Of a DNA stretch of 64,000 bases, positions 18,693 through 29,016 are shown piece by piece. Position numbers and translations under genes: made by a program. Positions within the stretch are counted from its first letter, which is position 1; each line of letters opens with the position of its first letter. Below the pieces are notes generated by a model. The model saw nothing but the letters and a program-made list of their open reading frames with translations, made no database searches and was not told the DNA's origin. Source of the stretch: an uncultured Alphaproteobacteria bacterium (lineage in GTDB: Bacteria > Pseudomonadota > Alphaproteobacteria > HIMB59 > GCA-002718135); NCBI GenBank assembly GCA_902597795.1, contig CACJZA010000007.1, forward strand, positions 4,733-68,732, given 5' to 3'.

Positions 18693-19748
18693 ATGCAAAA
18701 TATAGATATGACATTAGTCAACTTTAAAAATTTAGAAAATTTTGTACTTAATTCTTTTTTAGCAATGGGATTAAGAAATGAAGATGCAAAAATTTTTACT
18801 GACGCTTTGATGTTTTCAGAACTGAGATTTCATAGCGGTCAAGGTCAAGGAGTTCAAAGAATAACAACATATTACAAAAGAATTAAAAATAAAGAAGTAA
18901 ACATAAATATTGATTTAGATATTCTAAAAGAAAGTTCTTCCTTAGCTTTGGTAGATGCAAAAAATGGAATTGGAACAGTACAAGCATCTAAATGTATGGA
19001 TATTGCGATTACAAAAGCAAAGAATGAAGGCATAGGTCAAGTAATTATAAAAAATTCAACTCACTTTGGTTCTAGTTCAGTTCATGCAGTAAGAGCAACA
19101 AAAAAAAATTGTATTGGAATTGCGTATACAAATGCAGGACCCGAAATGGCACCATGGGGATCTAGAAGTGGAGGAGTTGGAACAAATCCATGGGGTATTT
19201 CTTGTCCTACTAATAGAGGTTATCCTTTAATTTTAGATATAGCATTAACAACAGCTGGCAAAGGAATGATGAGATGGCATGAAAGAGAGCAAATACCAAT
19301 GCCAAACGATTGGGCTCTCACTAAAGAAGGTGAAGAAACAACCAATCCTTCTGATGCTATGGATGGTTTTTTATTAGGTATTGGAAAATATAAAGGTTAT
19401 GGTTTATCGTTTATGACTGATATCTTAACAGGAGTTATAAGCGGTGGTGGATATGGATTAATACCCTACTCTGATCCAAAAAAACTAGATGTTTCCCATT
19501 CATTAACAGCGATAAATATAGAGTGGTTTATGGAAATTTCTGATTTCTATTCACGCATAAATGATTTTGTTGATACGCTTAAAAAATTGCCACTTAGACC
19601 TGGTTTTGATGAAATTTTAGTTCCTGGCGATCTTGAGAATAAAAGAGTTAAAGAAAAATTAGAAAAAGGAATACTAATTGATAGTGAAGTAATAGATTCT
19701 TTTAACATTTTAGCAAAAGATTTAAATATTGATAAACTCAAAATTTAA
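18693..19748 (+). CDS. Ldh2-family (malate/L-lactate dehydrogenase type 2) oxidoreductase
   Basis: 351 aa with HFGSSSVHA and GTNPWGIS motifs typical of the Ldh_2 family. That family includes ureidoglycolate dehydrogenase and pyrroline/piperideine-2-carboxylate reductase. Confidence 0.85.
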   Translation: MQNIDMTLVNFKNLENFVLNSFLAMGLRNEDAKIFTDALMFSELRFHSGQGQGVQRITTYYKRIKNKEVNINIDLDILKESSSLALVDAKNGIGTVQASKCMDIAITKAKNEGIGQVIIKNSTHFGSSSVHAVRATKKNCIGIAYTNAGPEMAPWGSRSGGVGTNPWGISCPTNRGYPLILDIALTTAGKGMMRWHEREQIPMPNDWALTKEGEETTNPSDAMDGFLLGIGKYKGYGLSFMTDILTGVISGGGYGLIPYSDPKKLDVSHSLTAINIEWFMEISDFYSRINDFVDTLKKLPLRPGFDEILVPGDLENKRVKEKLEKGILIDSEVIDSFNILAKDLNIDKLKI

Positions 19749-19752
19749 TAAA

Positions 19753-20922
19753 ATGAATGAATTTAAAAAAATAAAACCATTAAGTAATAATTTTTATAAT
19801 CAGACAAGAAAAATGTTGCTTAGACTAATAGAAGAAAAAGGTCTAGATGGATTTCTTATTACTAACCCTGCAAATATTTTTTATTTTACAGGTTTTTTTT
19901 ATGTAACTAACGAAAGACCGTCAGGTTTTTTTTTAAGTAAAGAAAATAAAAGTAAATTATTTATTCCTCTATTAGAAAAAGAAAATTCAGAAAACACAAT
20001 TATAGATGAAATATTAATCTATGAAGAATATCCAGGAAAGATAAATCCTTATTTATTTATGGCTCAAAATATTAATGAAAAAAAAATTGGTACAGACATA
20101 AATAAAATAGATATTATAGAATTAATCAAAAACAGATTTGAAATACTAAATTATAAAGTCAATATAAATTATTTCAGATATCAAAAACTAAAAGAAGAGA
20201 TCGATATAATTACTGAAGCAGCAAAGTATGCTGATTTAACCCTTGAATATTTAAAAGAAAATGGGAAGGAATTGATCAATAGTGAAACTAATGAAAGAGA
20301 ATTAGTGAAAATTTGTACTGAAGAAGCAAAAAAAGAAATGTTAAAAAACTTACCGGCTGATTTTGATGAAACACCATGCAATGTAGTAGCCACTATTCAT
20401 TCAGGACCAAGAGGAGCGTTTCCTCATGGCAAATCATTAAGCAGAGTACCAAAAAGAAATGAAACATTAATTTGTGGTGTTGGAGCTTGTGTTGGTGGTT
20501 TATACGCTGAATCTGGAGTAACTTTTATTCTTGGTGAGCCAAGTCATGATCAAATGGATATTATAAAAACAATGAAAAAAGTTAATGATGAGGTAATTAA
20601 AAACCTTAAAGAAGGAACTGAATGTGAAAATATTAATGAAATTGCAACAGCAATATACAAGGAGAGTGGTTATTTCGAATTTGTGAGACATCGCATAGGA
20701 CATGGAATGGGATTTGAGGGACATGAAGCTCCTTGGTTATCGCCTGGAGATAAAACCATATTAAAAAAAAATATGATTTTTTCAAATGAGCCAGGTATTT
20801 ATAGACCTAATATTGATGGATATAGAACTATTAGCTCAATGATTGTGGACGTAAATAATGGAAAACAAATATCAAGCTTTTTAGATAAAAGTATTGATCA
20901 TAGAATTATTAACTTAAACTAA
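19753..20922 (+). CDS. M24-family Xaa-Pro dipeptidase-like hydrolase
   Basis: The track start at 19729 overlaps the Ldh2 gene end. The ATG at 19753 (MNEFKK) lies 4 nt after that stop. GHGMGFEGHEAP and SNEPGIY motifs are present. Confidence 0.85.
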   Translation: MNEFKKIKPLSNNFYNQTRKMLLRLIEEKGLDGFLITNPANIFYFTGFFYVTNERPSGFFLSKENKSKLFIPLLEKENSENTIIDEILIYEEYPGKINPYLFMAQNINEKKIGTDINKIDIIELIKNRFEILNYKVNINYFRYQKLKEEIDIITEAAKYADLTLEYLKENGKELINSETNERELVKICTEEAKKEMLKNLPADFDETPCNVVATIHSGPRGAFPHGKSLSRVPKRNETLICGVGACVGGLYAESGVTFILGEPSHDQMDIIKTMKKVNDEVIKNLKEGTECENINEIATAIYKESGYFEFVRHRIGHGMGFEGHEAPWLSPGDKTILKKNMIFSNEPGIYRPNIDGYRTISSMIVDVNNGKQISSFLDKSIDHRIINLN

Positions 20923-20934
20923 AGGATAAAATTT

Positions 20935-22170
20935 ATGCCAGAAGCAGCACCTTGGAAATTTAGAAAAATAATTAAACCGCTTTTTGATTTACAAAAAGAG
21001 AACATATTATTTAAATGCAGGGTAATTGAAACAAAATCTCTTAAAGTAATCGAAAATGGATTTGTTGAAATAGATAATGGTAAAATAATAAAAGCAGGTT
21101 CTCAATCTGATTTAGACAGTAGTGCAAATTCCAAAAAAGTATTAGAACTTAAGGATCATACAATTTTACCTGGACTAATGAATTCACATGCTCATCTTGC
21201 TTGGGATGGAACACATGATTTAGCTCAGCAGTCACTTGATGATCCATCTGAAATTTCAGCTTATAAATCTTGTGCGAATATGTTGAAATCATTGAGGGCA
21301 GGTGTAACTCTTGTAAGAGATTTAGGAATGAACAAGTCTAATATTTTTGCTAAGCAAGCAATAGAACAAGGTATATATCCAGGTCCAAGATTAAAAATAT
21401 GTGGAGAAGCTATAGTACAAACTGCAGGACATACATATTGGTGTTGTCGTGAAGCTTCTGGAGCTGATGAAATGCGAAGAGCAGTACGAGAACAAGTTGG
21501 AAGTGGTGCAGATCTAATTAAAATTATGGCGTGCCATGATACTCTTGAATTTACTGATGAAGAATTAGAGGCAGTTATCGATGAAACTCATCGAAATGGA
21601 TTATATATTACCGCACATGCTACTTTTGATGCAGCAATTAATAGAGTTACTGATTTTGGAATAGATTGTATTGAACATGGGGGCCCTATGACAGATGCAA
21701 CAATTGAAAAAGTTGCAAAAAAAAATATTCCAATATGTACAACTTTTTCACCAGTAGTAATGCAAAGTAAGGAAGAAATTGCAAGACAGTATAATATTCC
21801 TGAATGGAAAATAAAAGAACGACAAAAAATTGTTAAAGATAAATCGAGATTTGATTCACTTGTTAAAGCAAGTAAAGCAGGCATTGATATAATTTTTGGA
21901 ACAGATGCAGGGTCGCCAGTTGTACCACATGATGCTATAGTTCCTGAAATGAAGTTTATGATTGATCTTGGTGTAGTTAAAGATAATTTAGATGCTATTC
22001 AATCTGCTACTTATAAAGCAGCAAAAGTAAATAAAATTGATGACAAATTAGGATCAATTGAAATTGGAAAAGATGCAGATCTTATTATTGTACAAGGCAA
22101 ACCTGATAAAAATATAGATGACTTATCAAATGTAAAACAAGTTTATATTCATGGAAGTAGATTAATATAG
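20935..22170 (+). CDS. Metal-dependent amidohydrolase (imidazolonepropionase/prolidase-like subfamily)
   Basis: 411 aa with MNSHAHLAWDG (HxH), TAHA, IEHG and GTDAG motifs. Confidence 0.85.
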   Translation: MPEAAPWKFRKIIKPLFDLQKENILFKCRVIETKSLKVIENGFVEIDNGKIIKAGSQSDLDSSANSKKVLELKDHTILPGLMNSHAHLAWDGTHDLAQQSLDDPSEISAYKSCANMLKSLRAGVTLVRDLGMNKSNIFAKQAIEQGIYPGPRLKICGEAIVQTAGHTYWCCREASGADEMRRAVREQVGSGADLIKIMACHDTLEFTDEELEAVIDETHRNGLYITAHATFDAAINRVTDFGIDCIEHGGPMTDATIEKVAKKNIPICTTFSPVVMQSKEEIARQYNIPEWKIKERQKIVKDKSRFDSLVKASKAGIDIIFGTDAGSPVVPHDAIVPEMKFMIDLGVVKDNLDAIQSATYKAAKVNKIDDKLGSIEIGKDADLIIVQGKPDKNIDDLSNVKQVYIHGSRLI

Positions 22171-23327
22171 TGAGCATAGTTTTTAATAAATCTAAAGAAA
22201 TATCACTAGACGATGAGACATTAAGATCAGATCTTTTAAAAATAGCTTCGGGTATGGATAATGTAATAGCTTTAGGAAGAGGAGATCCAGATTTTCACAC
22301 ACCACGACATATAGTTGAGGCTGCGAAAAAAGCCCTTGATGAAAACAAACATCATTACACACCTCCGACTGGACTGCCAGAATTGAGAAAATCTATATCT
22401 AAAAATTTTGAGCTAAAATATAATTTAGATTATTCTGAAGATGAAATAATTATCACAGCTGGTGTTCAAGAAAGTATTGCTCTCGCAATGATTTCATTAT
22501 TAAAAGCAGATGATGAAGTCTTAATTACCTCACCAAGATTTACTACATATGATTTAACAGTAAGGATGTGTAATGCTAAACCTGTACCTGTTCACACATA
22601 CGAAAAAGATAATTTTGCATTAATGCCAGAATTAATTGAGCAAAAAATTACTAAAAAAACTAAGTTGCTTGTTCTTGTTTCACCAAATAATCCTACAGGT
22701 GCTGTAACACCTCCAAATAATATTAAAAAAATTGCTCAGATAGCAATAGATAATAATTTAATTGTAATATCGGATGAGATTTATGCTGACTTAATTTATG
22801 ATTCGCATGAACATCTATCAATTGGTTCACTTGAAAAAATGAAGGAAAGAACATTAACACTAAATGGTTTTTCTAAAACTTATGCTATGACTGGTTGGAG
22901 AGTTGGATATATTGCAGGTCCGAAAGATATTATAAATAAAATGACAGAAATAAGACATGCCTTATCAATAAATTCATGTACATTTTCTCAATATGGAGCT
23001 TTAGCTGCTTTAGATGGTCCTCAAGAAGAGATTAATAAAATGAAAAATGAATATAATGAAAGAAGAAAGTTTAGCATGAAAGCCTTAAGTGATATTGGTT
23101 TTACTTATGGTGATCCAGGAGGTGCTTTTTATATTTATACAAATGTATCAAATTCAAATATGACTGCTTCAAACTTTTGTAGAGAATTACTTATTAATAC
23201 TGGTGTTCTTATGTTTCCTGGTATTTTATTTGGTGATGAAGATGACAAGTATATACGCTTATCTTATTTACAACCTATTGAAAAAATAGAAGAGTCAATG
23301 ACAAGGATAAATAATTTTTTAAAATGA
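22170..23327 (+). CDS. Class I/II PLP-dependent aminotransferase
   Basis: 385 aa. The GTG start overlaps the preceding TAG. SPNNPTG and NGFSKTYAMTGWRVGY motifs are present. Confidence 0.9.
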   Translation: MSIVFNKSKEISLDDETLRSDLLKIASGMDNVIALGRGDPDFHTPRHIVEAAKKALDENKHHYTPPTGLPELRKSISKNFELKYNLDYSEDEIIITAGVQESIALAMISLLKADDEVLITSPRFTTYDLTVRMCNAKPVPVHTYEKDNFALMPELIEQKITKKTKLLVLVSPNNPTGAVTPPNNIKKIAQIAIDNNLIVISDEIYADLIYDSHEHLSIGSLEKMKERTLTLNGFSKTYAMTGWRVGYIAGPKDIINKMTEIRHALSINSCTFSQYGALAALDGPQEEINKMKNEYNERRKFSMKALSDIGFTYGDPGGAFYIYTNVSNSNMTASNFCRELLINTGVLMFPGILFGDEDDKYIRLSYLQPIEKIEESMTRINNFLK

Positions 23328-24748
23328 TTAAAAATGGAAAAGATAAATTTGTTGGAATTCAAATAAGTCCGATTTCATTTATTGATGAAGGAATTGATAA
23401 TGTATTAGATACATTACAAAAACGTGTTGGTGTAAATGTTCTGCTAATTGGGACTGTTTCATGGCTAGGATTAAAATCGGGAAGATCAGTGTCTTGGGAA
23501 ATAGATGGTTGGCCAGATCATGGAATTCCTGAACCATTTTCAATGAAGGGTGGTGCATATTTTGATCCAGATCCTAAATTTTATAATAAAACTTTCATAA
23601 AAAATTTTAAAGCCCAAGACAAAGAAATGAAAAATAAAGATATTTTAAAAATGGTTATTCCTAAAGCAAGGGAAAGAGGAATGAAAATTTTTATTGAATT
23701 AATGGAACCCTTTTTCAATTATGCAGGTCATGGATCTGCCACCGGAGTAGATATTCCAAATTTAGTTCAATGTATGGAAATAGATGTTTTTGGAAAAATT
23801 GGTAAATCACCTTCCACAAGTAATAAAAATTATAGAAATTGGATCTTATCAATGATCGAAGATCAAGTTGCAAATTATGATATTGATGGTGTTATGTGGT
23901 GCAATGAAAGATATTCACCTCTTGATCAATTATTTCAAGGAAATGAGCCTGGAGACTTTTCTGAAGATTTTTTAATAGAAGCTAAAACTCATAATTTAAA
24001 TATTGAAAAAATTAGATCCTCACTTTTGAAATTATATGAATTCTTTCAAGAAACTTTAAATGGAAAGAACTTTGTTGATGGAAACTTAATTGAATTTTTT
24101 AGGATTTTATTTGATAAACCAGAAATTTTAGAGTGGGAAAAATTTTGGCTTAAAAGGAACAAAGATTTAGACAAAGAAATTTATGGTTTAGTAAAATGGA
24201 TAAAACCTAATTTATCTTTTGGGTTAAATGTATGGAATAGAAATCATTTTAATATTATTAGAAAAATACAGTGGCCTTGGAAAGAACAGGTAAGTTATTC
24301 TGATTGGGTAAAACCTATAACTTATCAGCATCAATCAGGTGAAATATTTCATAGAGAAATAAATATATTTGGAAAAACAATCTTAAATGAATTATCTAAT
24401 TCTGAGTTAGTTTCATCTTTTTCTAAAATTTTAGGAATTAATGAAACTAACTTAGACAATCTTATAGAAAGAGGATTAGATCCAGATACATATATTTATA
24501 CTCAATGTGCAGATGCAGTCAGGGGTGTTGATGGTGGCTCCAAAGTATATATGGGCATTGGTATCGATGCACCAAGATCATCAAAAGAACAAGCAATCTG
24601 TACACCAGATATTGCATATAGATCGGTTTTAGCAACTTATAAAGCTGGAGGAGAAGGGATAGTGTTGTCACCAAATTATGCATCTATGAAACTTTCAAAT
24701 CTTGATGGAGTTGCAAAAGCTTTAAAAGAACTGAAAATTTTTGAGTGA
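23324..24748 (+). CDS. Hypothetical protein (no family recognised)
   Basis: 474-aa ORF, translationally coupled at both ends (4-nt overlaps). The alternating beta/alpha-like pattern (KIFIELMEP, DGVMWCNERYSP) hints at a TIM-barrel hydrolase-like fold, but I cannot assign it. Confidence 0.7.
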   Translation: MIKNGKDKFVGIQISPISFIDEGIDNVLDTLQKRVGVNVLLIGTVSWLGLKSGRSVSWEIDGWPDHGIPEPFSMKGGAYFDPDPKFYNKTFIKNFKAQDKEMKNKDILKMVIPKARERGMKIFIELMEPFFNYAGHGSATGVDIPNLVQCMEIDVFGKIGKSPSTSNKNYRNWILSMIEDQVANYDIDGVMWCNERYSPLDQLFQGNEPGDFSEDFLIEAKTHNLNIEKIRSSLLKLYEFFQETLNGKNFVDGNLIEFFRILFDKPEILEWEKFWLKRNKDLDKEIYGLVKWIKPNLSFGLNVWNRNHFNIIRKIQWPWKEQVSYSDWVKPITYQHQSGEIFHREINIFGKTILNELSNSELVSSFSKILGINETNLDNLIERGLDPDTYIYTQCADAVRGVDGGSKVYMGIGIDAPRSSKEQAICTPDIAYRSVLATYKAGGEGIVLSPNYASMKLSNLDGVAKALKELKIFE

Positions 24749-26142
24749 TGATTATTAATTGTGACTTGATTATAAAAAATGGAAAAGTTTTTGAGAAAAA
24801 TAGATTTAAAAAAAACCATATTGTAATCAAAGATGGTAAAATTTTTAAGCTAACAAAAAATATAAAATCATTTAAGTCCAAAAAAATTATCAATGCTGAT
24901 AAAAAAATTGTTATTCCTGGAATAATTGATATTCATTTTCATGTTAGAGCACCATCATTTCCTCAAAGAGGTACAGTTCAAAGTGAAACTAAAGCTGCTG
25001 CGAAGGGTGGAATAACTACACTTTTTGAAATGCCTATAAGTAATCCGTGCATGTCAAATGCTAAGGTGCTCAACCATAGAAAAAAACATTTTGATGAAAA
25101 TACTTACATTAATTTTGCTATGATTCCTGCTTTAGGAAAATTCAATGATAAAAATCTAAATGGATTAATAAATAGTGGGGCTATTGCTTTTAAAATTTTT
25201 ACAATTGCTCCTCCACTTGATAGAAAAAGTGAATTTGAAGGATTGTGTTTTACTGAAGAAAAAAATATTCTCAAAGCATTAATACATGCAAAAAAATCAA
25301 ATTTAACGACAATTTTTCATGCTGAAGATCAGAATTTACTTGATCATTTTGAGAAAAAACAAAAAAATTTTAAAAAAAATAATCCAGCAATGCATAATGC
25401 TATGAGACCTGCTGTTGTAGAAGCAAGTGCAATTGAAAAAATATTAAGGTTAAATTCAATTGTGAAAACTAAAGTTCATATTGCTCATGTAACTTCAGAA
25501 CTATCTTTAGAAGTAATTTCTAAATTTAAAAATAAAGGTCAAAGTATAACTGCAGAAACGTGTCCACATTATTTATTTAAAAATGAAAAGGATGTAATTA
25601 AATCAGGCCCATTTGGAAAAATTAATCCACCAATAAGGAATCAAAAGGATCAAAAAAAATTATGGTCAGCTCTTAAGAATAAAACTCTTGATATTATAGC
25701 TTCAGATCATGCTTCTTTTTCATACAATGAAAAAATAAAGGGGGAAAAAAATTTTCTTAAAGCACCTCCAGGTGCACCTAGTGGTGAATTAATGTTACCA
25801 CTTATGCTAAAAGCTGTTTCAGAAAAAAAAATAAAATTAGAAAAAGTAATTGAACTGATGTGTATTAATCCAGCAAAAAGATTTAATATTTTTCCAAATA
25901 AAGGTTTAATTAAAAGAGGATCTGATGCAGATATAGTTATTTTAGATATGAATAAGAAATGGACTGTGGATAGAAATACCCTTGTTTCAAAAGGAAAAAA
26001 CTGTGCTCATCTATATTTTGGGGAAAAAATAAAAGGAAAGATAAATAAAACTATAGTTAATGGAAAAGTGGTTTATGATGGAAAAAAATTTTATAGGAAT
26101 AGAAATATGAATAATTTTGTATCTCCAATAAGAAAAAATTAA
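24745..26142 (+). CDS. Cyclic amidohydrolase (allantoinase/dihydroorotase/hydantoinase family)
   Basis: 465 aa with DIHFHVR, a FKIF carboxylated-Lys context, FHAED, HIAHVTS and ASDHA motifs. Confidence 0.85.
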   Translation: MMIINCDLIIKNGKVFEKNRFKKNHIVIKDGKIFKLTKNIKSFKSKKIINADKKIVIPGIIDIHFHVRAPSFPQRGTVQSETKAAAKGGITTLFEMPISNPCMSNAKVLNHRKKHFDENTYINFAMIPALGKFNDKNLNGLINSGAIAFKIFTIAPPLDRKSEFEGLCFTEEKNILKALIHAKKSNLTTIFHAEDQNLLDHFEKKQKNFKKNNPAMHNAMRPAVVEASAIEKILRLNSIVKTKVHIAHVTSELSLEVISKFKNKGQSITAETCPHYLFKNEKDVIKSGPFGKINPPIRNQKDQKKLWSALKNKTLDIIASDHASFSYNEKIKGEKNFLKAPPGAPSGELMLPLMLKAVSEKKIKLEKVIELMCINPAKRFNIFPNKGLIKRGSDADIVILDMNKKWTVDRNTLVSKGKNCAHLYFGEKIKGKINKTIVNGKVVYDGKKFYRNRNMNNFVSPIRKN

Positions 26143-26143
26143 T

Positions 26144-27133
26144 ATGAATAGTGAAAACTTATTAAGTATAAAGAATTTAAAAACACATTTTACTGTTGGT
26201 GAATCAGTTGTTAAAGCTGTTGATGGTGTTTCTTTTAATTTAGAAGCAGGAAAAACTTTTGCGATAGTTGGGGAATCAGGCTCAGGTAAATCTATTACAG
26301 CATTATCTATTATGGGCTTGTTACCGAATAACTTAGCACAAACTGAACGAGGTGAAATATTATTTGATAATAAAAACTTAATTGATCTTGAAGAAAATGA
26401 AATGAGAAAAATTAGAGGAAATAGAATCTCTATGATTTTTCAAGAACCTATGACAAGCCTAAATCCAGTTTATGATTTATCTTTTCAGATTTCAGAAACA
26501 ATTATTCTTCACCAAAAGAAAAGCAAAGAACAAGCAAGAAAAATTGCTATTGAAATGCTAGATCTTGTAGGCATACCTGAACCTCAAAAAAGAATTGACT
26601 CCTACCCTCATGAATTATCTGGTGGAATGAGACAAAGGGCAATGATCGCGATGGCTTTAAGTTGTAATCCTAAAATTTTGATTGCTGATGAACCTACAAC
26701 TGCTCTTGATGTTACAATACAAGCTCAAATTATAGACCTAATGCAAGAACTACAAAAAAAACTTGGGATGTCGATTATATTTATTACTCATGATCTTGGA
26801 GTTGTTTCTGAAATATCAGATCATGTAATGGTAATGTATTTGGGTAATGTTATGGAAATTGCAGAAACATCAGAATTATTTAATAATCCGCTGCATTCAT
26901 ACACTAAATCATTAATTGATATAGCGCCTCAAATTTCGGATGAAAAAAGAGAAATTAAGGTACTAAGAGGTGAGATTCCTAGCCCAACAAACCCACCTTC
27001 TGGTTGTGTTTTTAGGACTAGATGTCCTAATCCTGGTATAGGCTGTAAAGGTGGAGATATTGAGATGGGTTTGATTGAAGCCAAACCAGGACACTGGGTT
27101 GATAGATGTTGTTATGAGTGTAATCAAACGTGA
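26144..27133 (+). CDS. Dpp/Opp-type ABC transporter ATP-binding protein (DppD-like)
   Basis: 329 aa with Walker A GESGSGKS, signature LSGGMRQR and Walker B ILIADEPT. Has a Cys-rich C-terminal tail. Confidence 0.9.
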   Translation: MNSENLLSIKNLKTHFTVGESVVKAVDGVSFNLEAGKTFAIVGESGSGKSITALSIMGLLPNNLAQTERGEILFDNKNLIDLEENEMRKIRGNRISMIFQEPMTSLNPVYDLSFQISETIILHQKKSKEQARKIAIEMLDLVGIPEPQKRIDSYPHELSGGMRQRAMIAMALSCNPKILIADEPTTALDVTIQAQIIDLMQELQKKLGMSIIFITHDLGVVSEISDHVMVMYLGNVMEIAETSELFNNPLHSYTKSLIDIAPQISDEKREIKVLRGEIPSPTNPPSGCVFRTRCPNPGIGCKGGDIEMGLIEAKPGHWVDRCCYECNQT

Positions 27134-28095
27134 TTAGAGTAGAAAATATAAAAAAATATTTCCCAATAAAAGATGGATTTTTTAACAATAAATCGGGAGA
27201 TGTAAAAGCAGTTGAAAACGTTAGCTTTGAAATTCCTGAAGGAGAAATTCTTGGTCTTGTCGGAGAATCTGGATCCGGCAAAAGCACTCTCGGAAGAGCA
27301 ATCATTAGATTAATTGAGCCTACTCAGGGAAATATTTTTTATAAAAATAAGAATATTACAAAATTATCAGATAGTGAAATGAGAAAATTACGAAAAGATT
27401 TTCAAATAATTTTTCAAGATCCATATGCTAGCTTAGATCCTAGAAAAAAAATTTATGATATTATATCTCAAGGTCTCAAAGTTCATGAAAAAATGGATAA
27501 AAATTCTATTAATCAAAAGGTAGAAGAGATAATTCAAGATGTTGGTTTGCAAAAAGAACATTTAAATAGGTATCCTCATGAATTTTCGGGGGGACAGAGA
27601 CAGCGCATTGGTATAGCTAGAGCGTTAGTTCTTAATCCAAAATTCATAATAGCTGATGAACCAGTGTCAGCTTTAGATGTAACCATTCAAGCCCAAATTC
27701 TAAATTTAATTTTAGAACTTAAAAAAAAGTATTCTTTAACAATTCTATTTATTTCTCATGATCTTTCAGTAATAAATCAAATAGCTGATAGAGTTATGGT
27801 GATGTATTTAGGTCATATAGTAGAAGTTGCAAATACAAGTAATTTATTCTCAAATCCTCAACATCCTTATACTAGATCTCTTATTGAAACTGCTCCACAA
27901 ATATTTAGAAAAAATAAAAAGAAAACTCTACTTAAAGGTGATATTCCCAGTCCTATTAATCCTCCTTCGGGTTGTGTTTTTCGAACACGATGTCCAAACC
28001 CTGGTATAGATTGTAAAGGAGGTAATATTGAAATGGGCTTAATTGAAGTAGAGCCAGGACATTGGGTCGACCAGTGTTGTGCAAATTGTAATTAG
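27130..28095 (+). CDS. Dpp/Opp-type ABC transporter ATP-binding protein (DppF-like)
   Basis: 321 aa with [16 protein letters not shown] and IIADEPVS motifs. Has a Cys-rich C-terminal tail and a 4-nt overlap with the upstream ATPase gene. Confidence 0.9.
   Translation: MIRVENIKKYFPIKDGFFNNKSGDVKAVENVSFEIPEGEILGLVGESGSGKSTLGRAIIRLIEPTQGNIFYKNKNITKLSDSEMRKLRKDFQIIFQDPYASLDPRKKIYDIISQGLKVHEKMDKNSINQKVEEIIQDVGLQKEHLNRYPHEFSGGQRQRIGIARALVLNPKFIIADEPVSALDVTIQAQILNLILELKKKYSLTILFISHDLSVINQIADRVMVMYLGHIVEVANTSNLFSNPQHPYTRSLIETAPQIFRKNKKKTLLKGDIPSPINPPSGCVFRTRCPNPGIDCKGGNIEMGLIEVEPGHWVDQCCANCN
27932..28095 (+). repeat. Copy 1 of a perfect 164-bp direct repeat (3' end of the ATPase gene)
   Basis: I compared it base by base with 39216..39379 and found it identical from TTAAAGGTGATATTCCC through TGTAATTAG (the stop codon). 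Flanks diverge immediately on both sides. Confidence 0.95.
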
Positions 28096-28116
28096 TTAAA
28101 TTACATTTTTAAGAAT

Positions 28117-29016
28117 ATGAATAAAAAACTATTTGTAATTTTGTTATCTTTATTAGGCACTGGTACAGCAGCAATTATGGTTTCAGGAATAAAACTACTT
28201 TCACAAGATTTAAACCCTTTCATGATTGCATTTTACAGATGTCTATTTGGGGTTATTATTATGTTACCTTTTATGATTTATAATTACCCAGAAGCTTGGA
28301 AAACACATAACATAAAACTACAGTTTGTAAGATCTGCGATTAATGTTTATTCAATGATAAGCTGGTTTACAGCTATAGGAACATTACAACTAGAAAAAGC
28401 AGCAGCTATAGGTTTTACTACTCCACTATTTACTACCATCCTCGCAATTATTTTTTTAGGTGAAGTAATTAGAATTCAAAGAATTACTGCACTAATTGTT
28501 GGCTTTATAGGAATTTTGGTTGTTATAAGGCCTGGGTATATACCTTTTGAGAGTGGAGCTTTATGGCTTCTATCAGCAGCAATAACTTTTTCAATAGTAA
28601 TAATAATTGTAAAAAAACTTACTGAAAAGGATTCAAGTTTAACGACTGCATTTTACCAAATGGCTTTCATGGTTCCTCCGACATTTTTTATTGCATTGTT
28701 CTTTTGGGAAAGTATTAATATAGATCAATTTTTATTATTTATATTTGTTGCTATCGCGGGATTTATAACACAGTTCAGTTTTGCTCAATGTTTAAAAATG
28801 GCTGAAACAACATTTATAATGCCAATACAATTTACAAAACTAATTTGGCTGTCTTTAATTGGATATTTCTTTTTTATGGAAGTGCCTGATATTTGGACAT
28901 GGATAGGAGCTTCTATAATATTCTCATCAATTCTCTTTATAGCTTATAGAGAAGCTATTAATAAGAATAGCTTACTTAAAACTAAAAAAGTTGATAAACT
29001 AATTTCAAATTATTGA
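28117..29016 (+). CDS. DMT-superfamily (EamA-like) transporter
   Basis: 299 aa, about 10 predicted TM helices, with two EamA-like halves. Confidence 0.85.
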   Translation: MNKKLFVILLSLLGTGTAAIMVSGIKLLSQDLNPFMIAFYRCLFGVIIMLPFMIYNYPEAWKTHNIKLQFVRSAINVYSMISWFTAIGTLQLEKAAAIGFTTPLFTTILAIIFLGEVIRIQRITALIVGFIGILVVIRPGYIPFESGALWLLSAAITFSIVIIIVKKLTEKDSSLTTAFYQMAFMVPPTFFIALFFWESINIDQFLLFIFVAIAGFITQFSFAQCLKMAETTFIMPIQFTKLIWLSLIGYFFFMEVPDIWTWIGASIIFSSILFIAYREAINKNSLLKTKKVDKLISNY

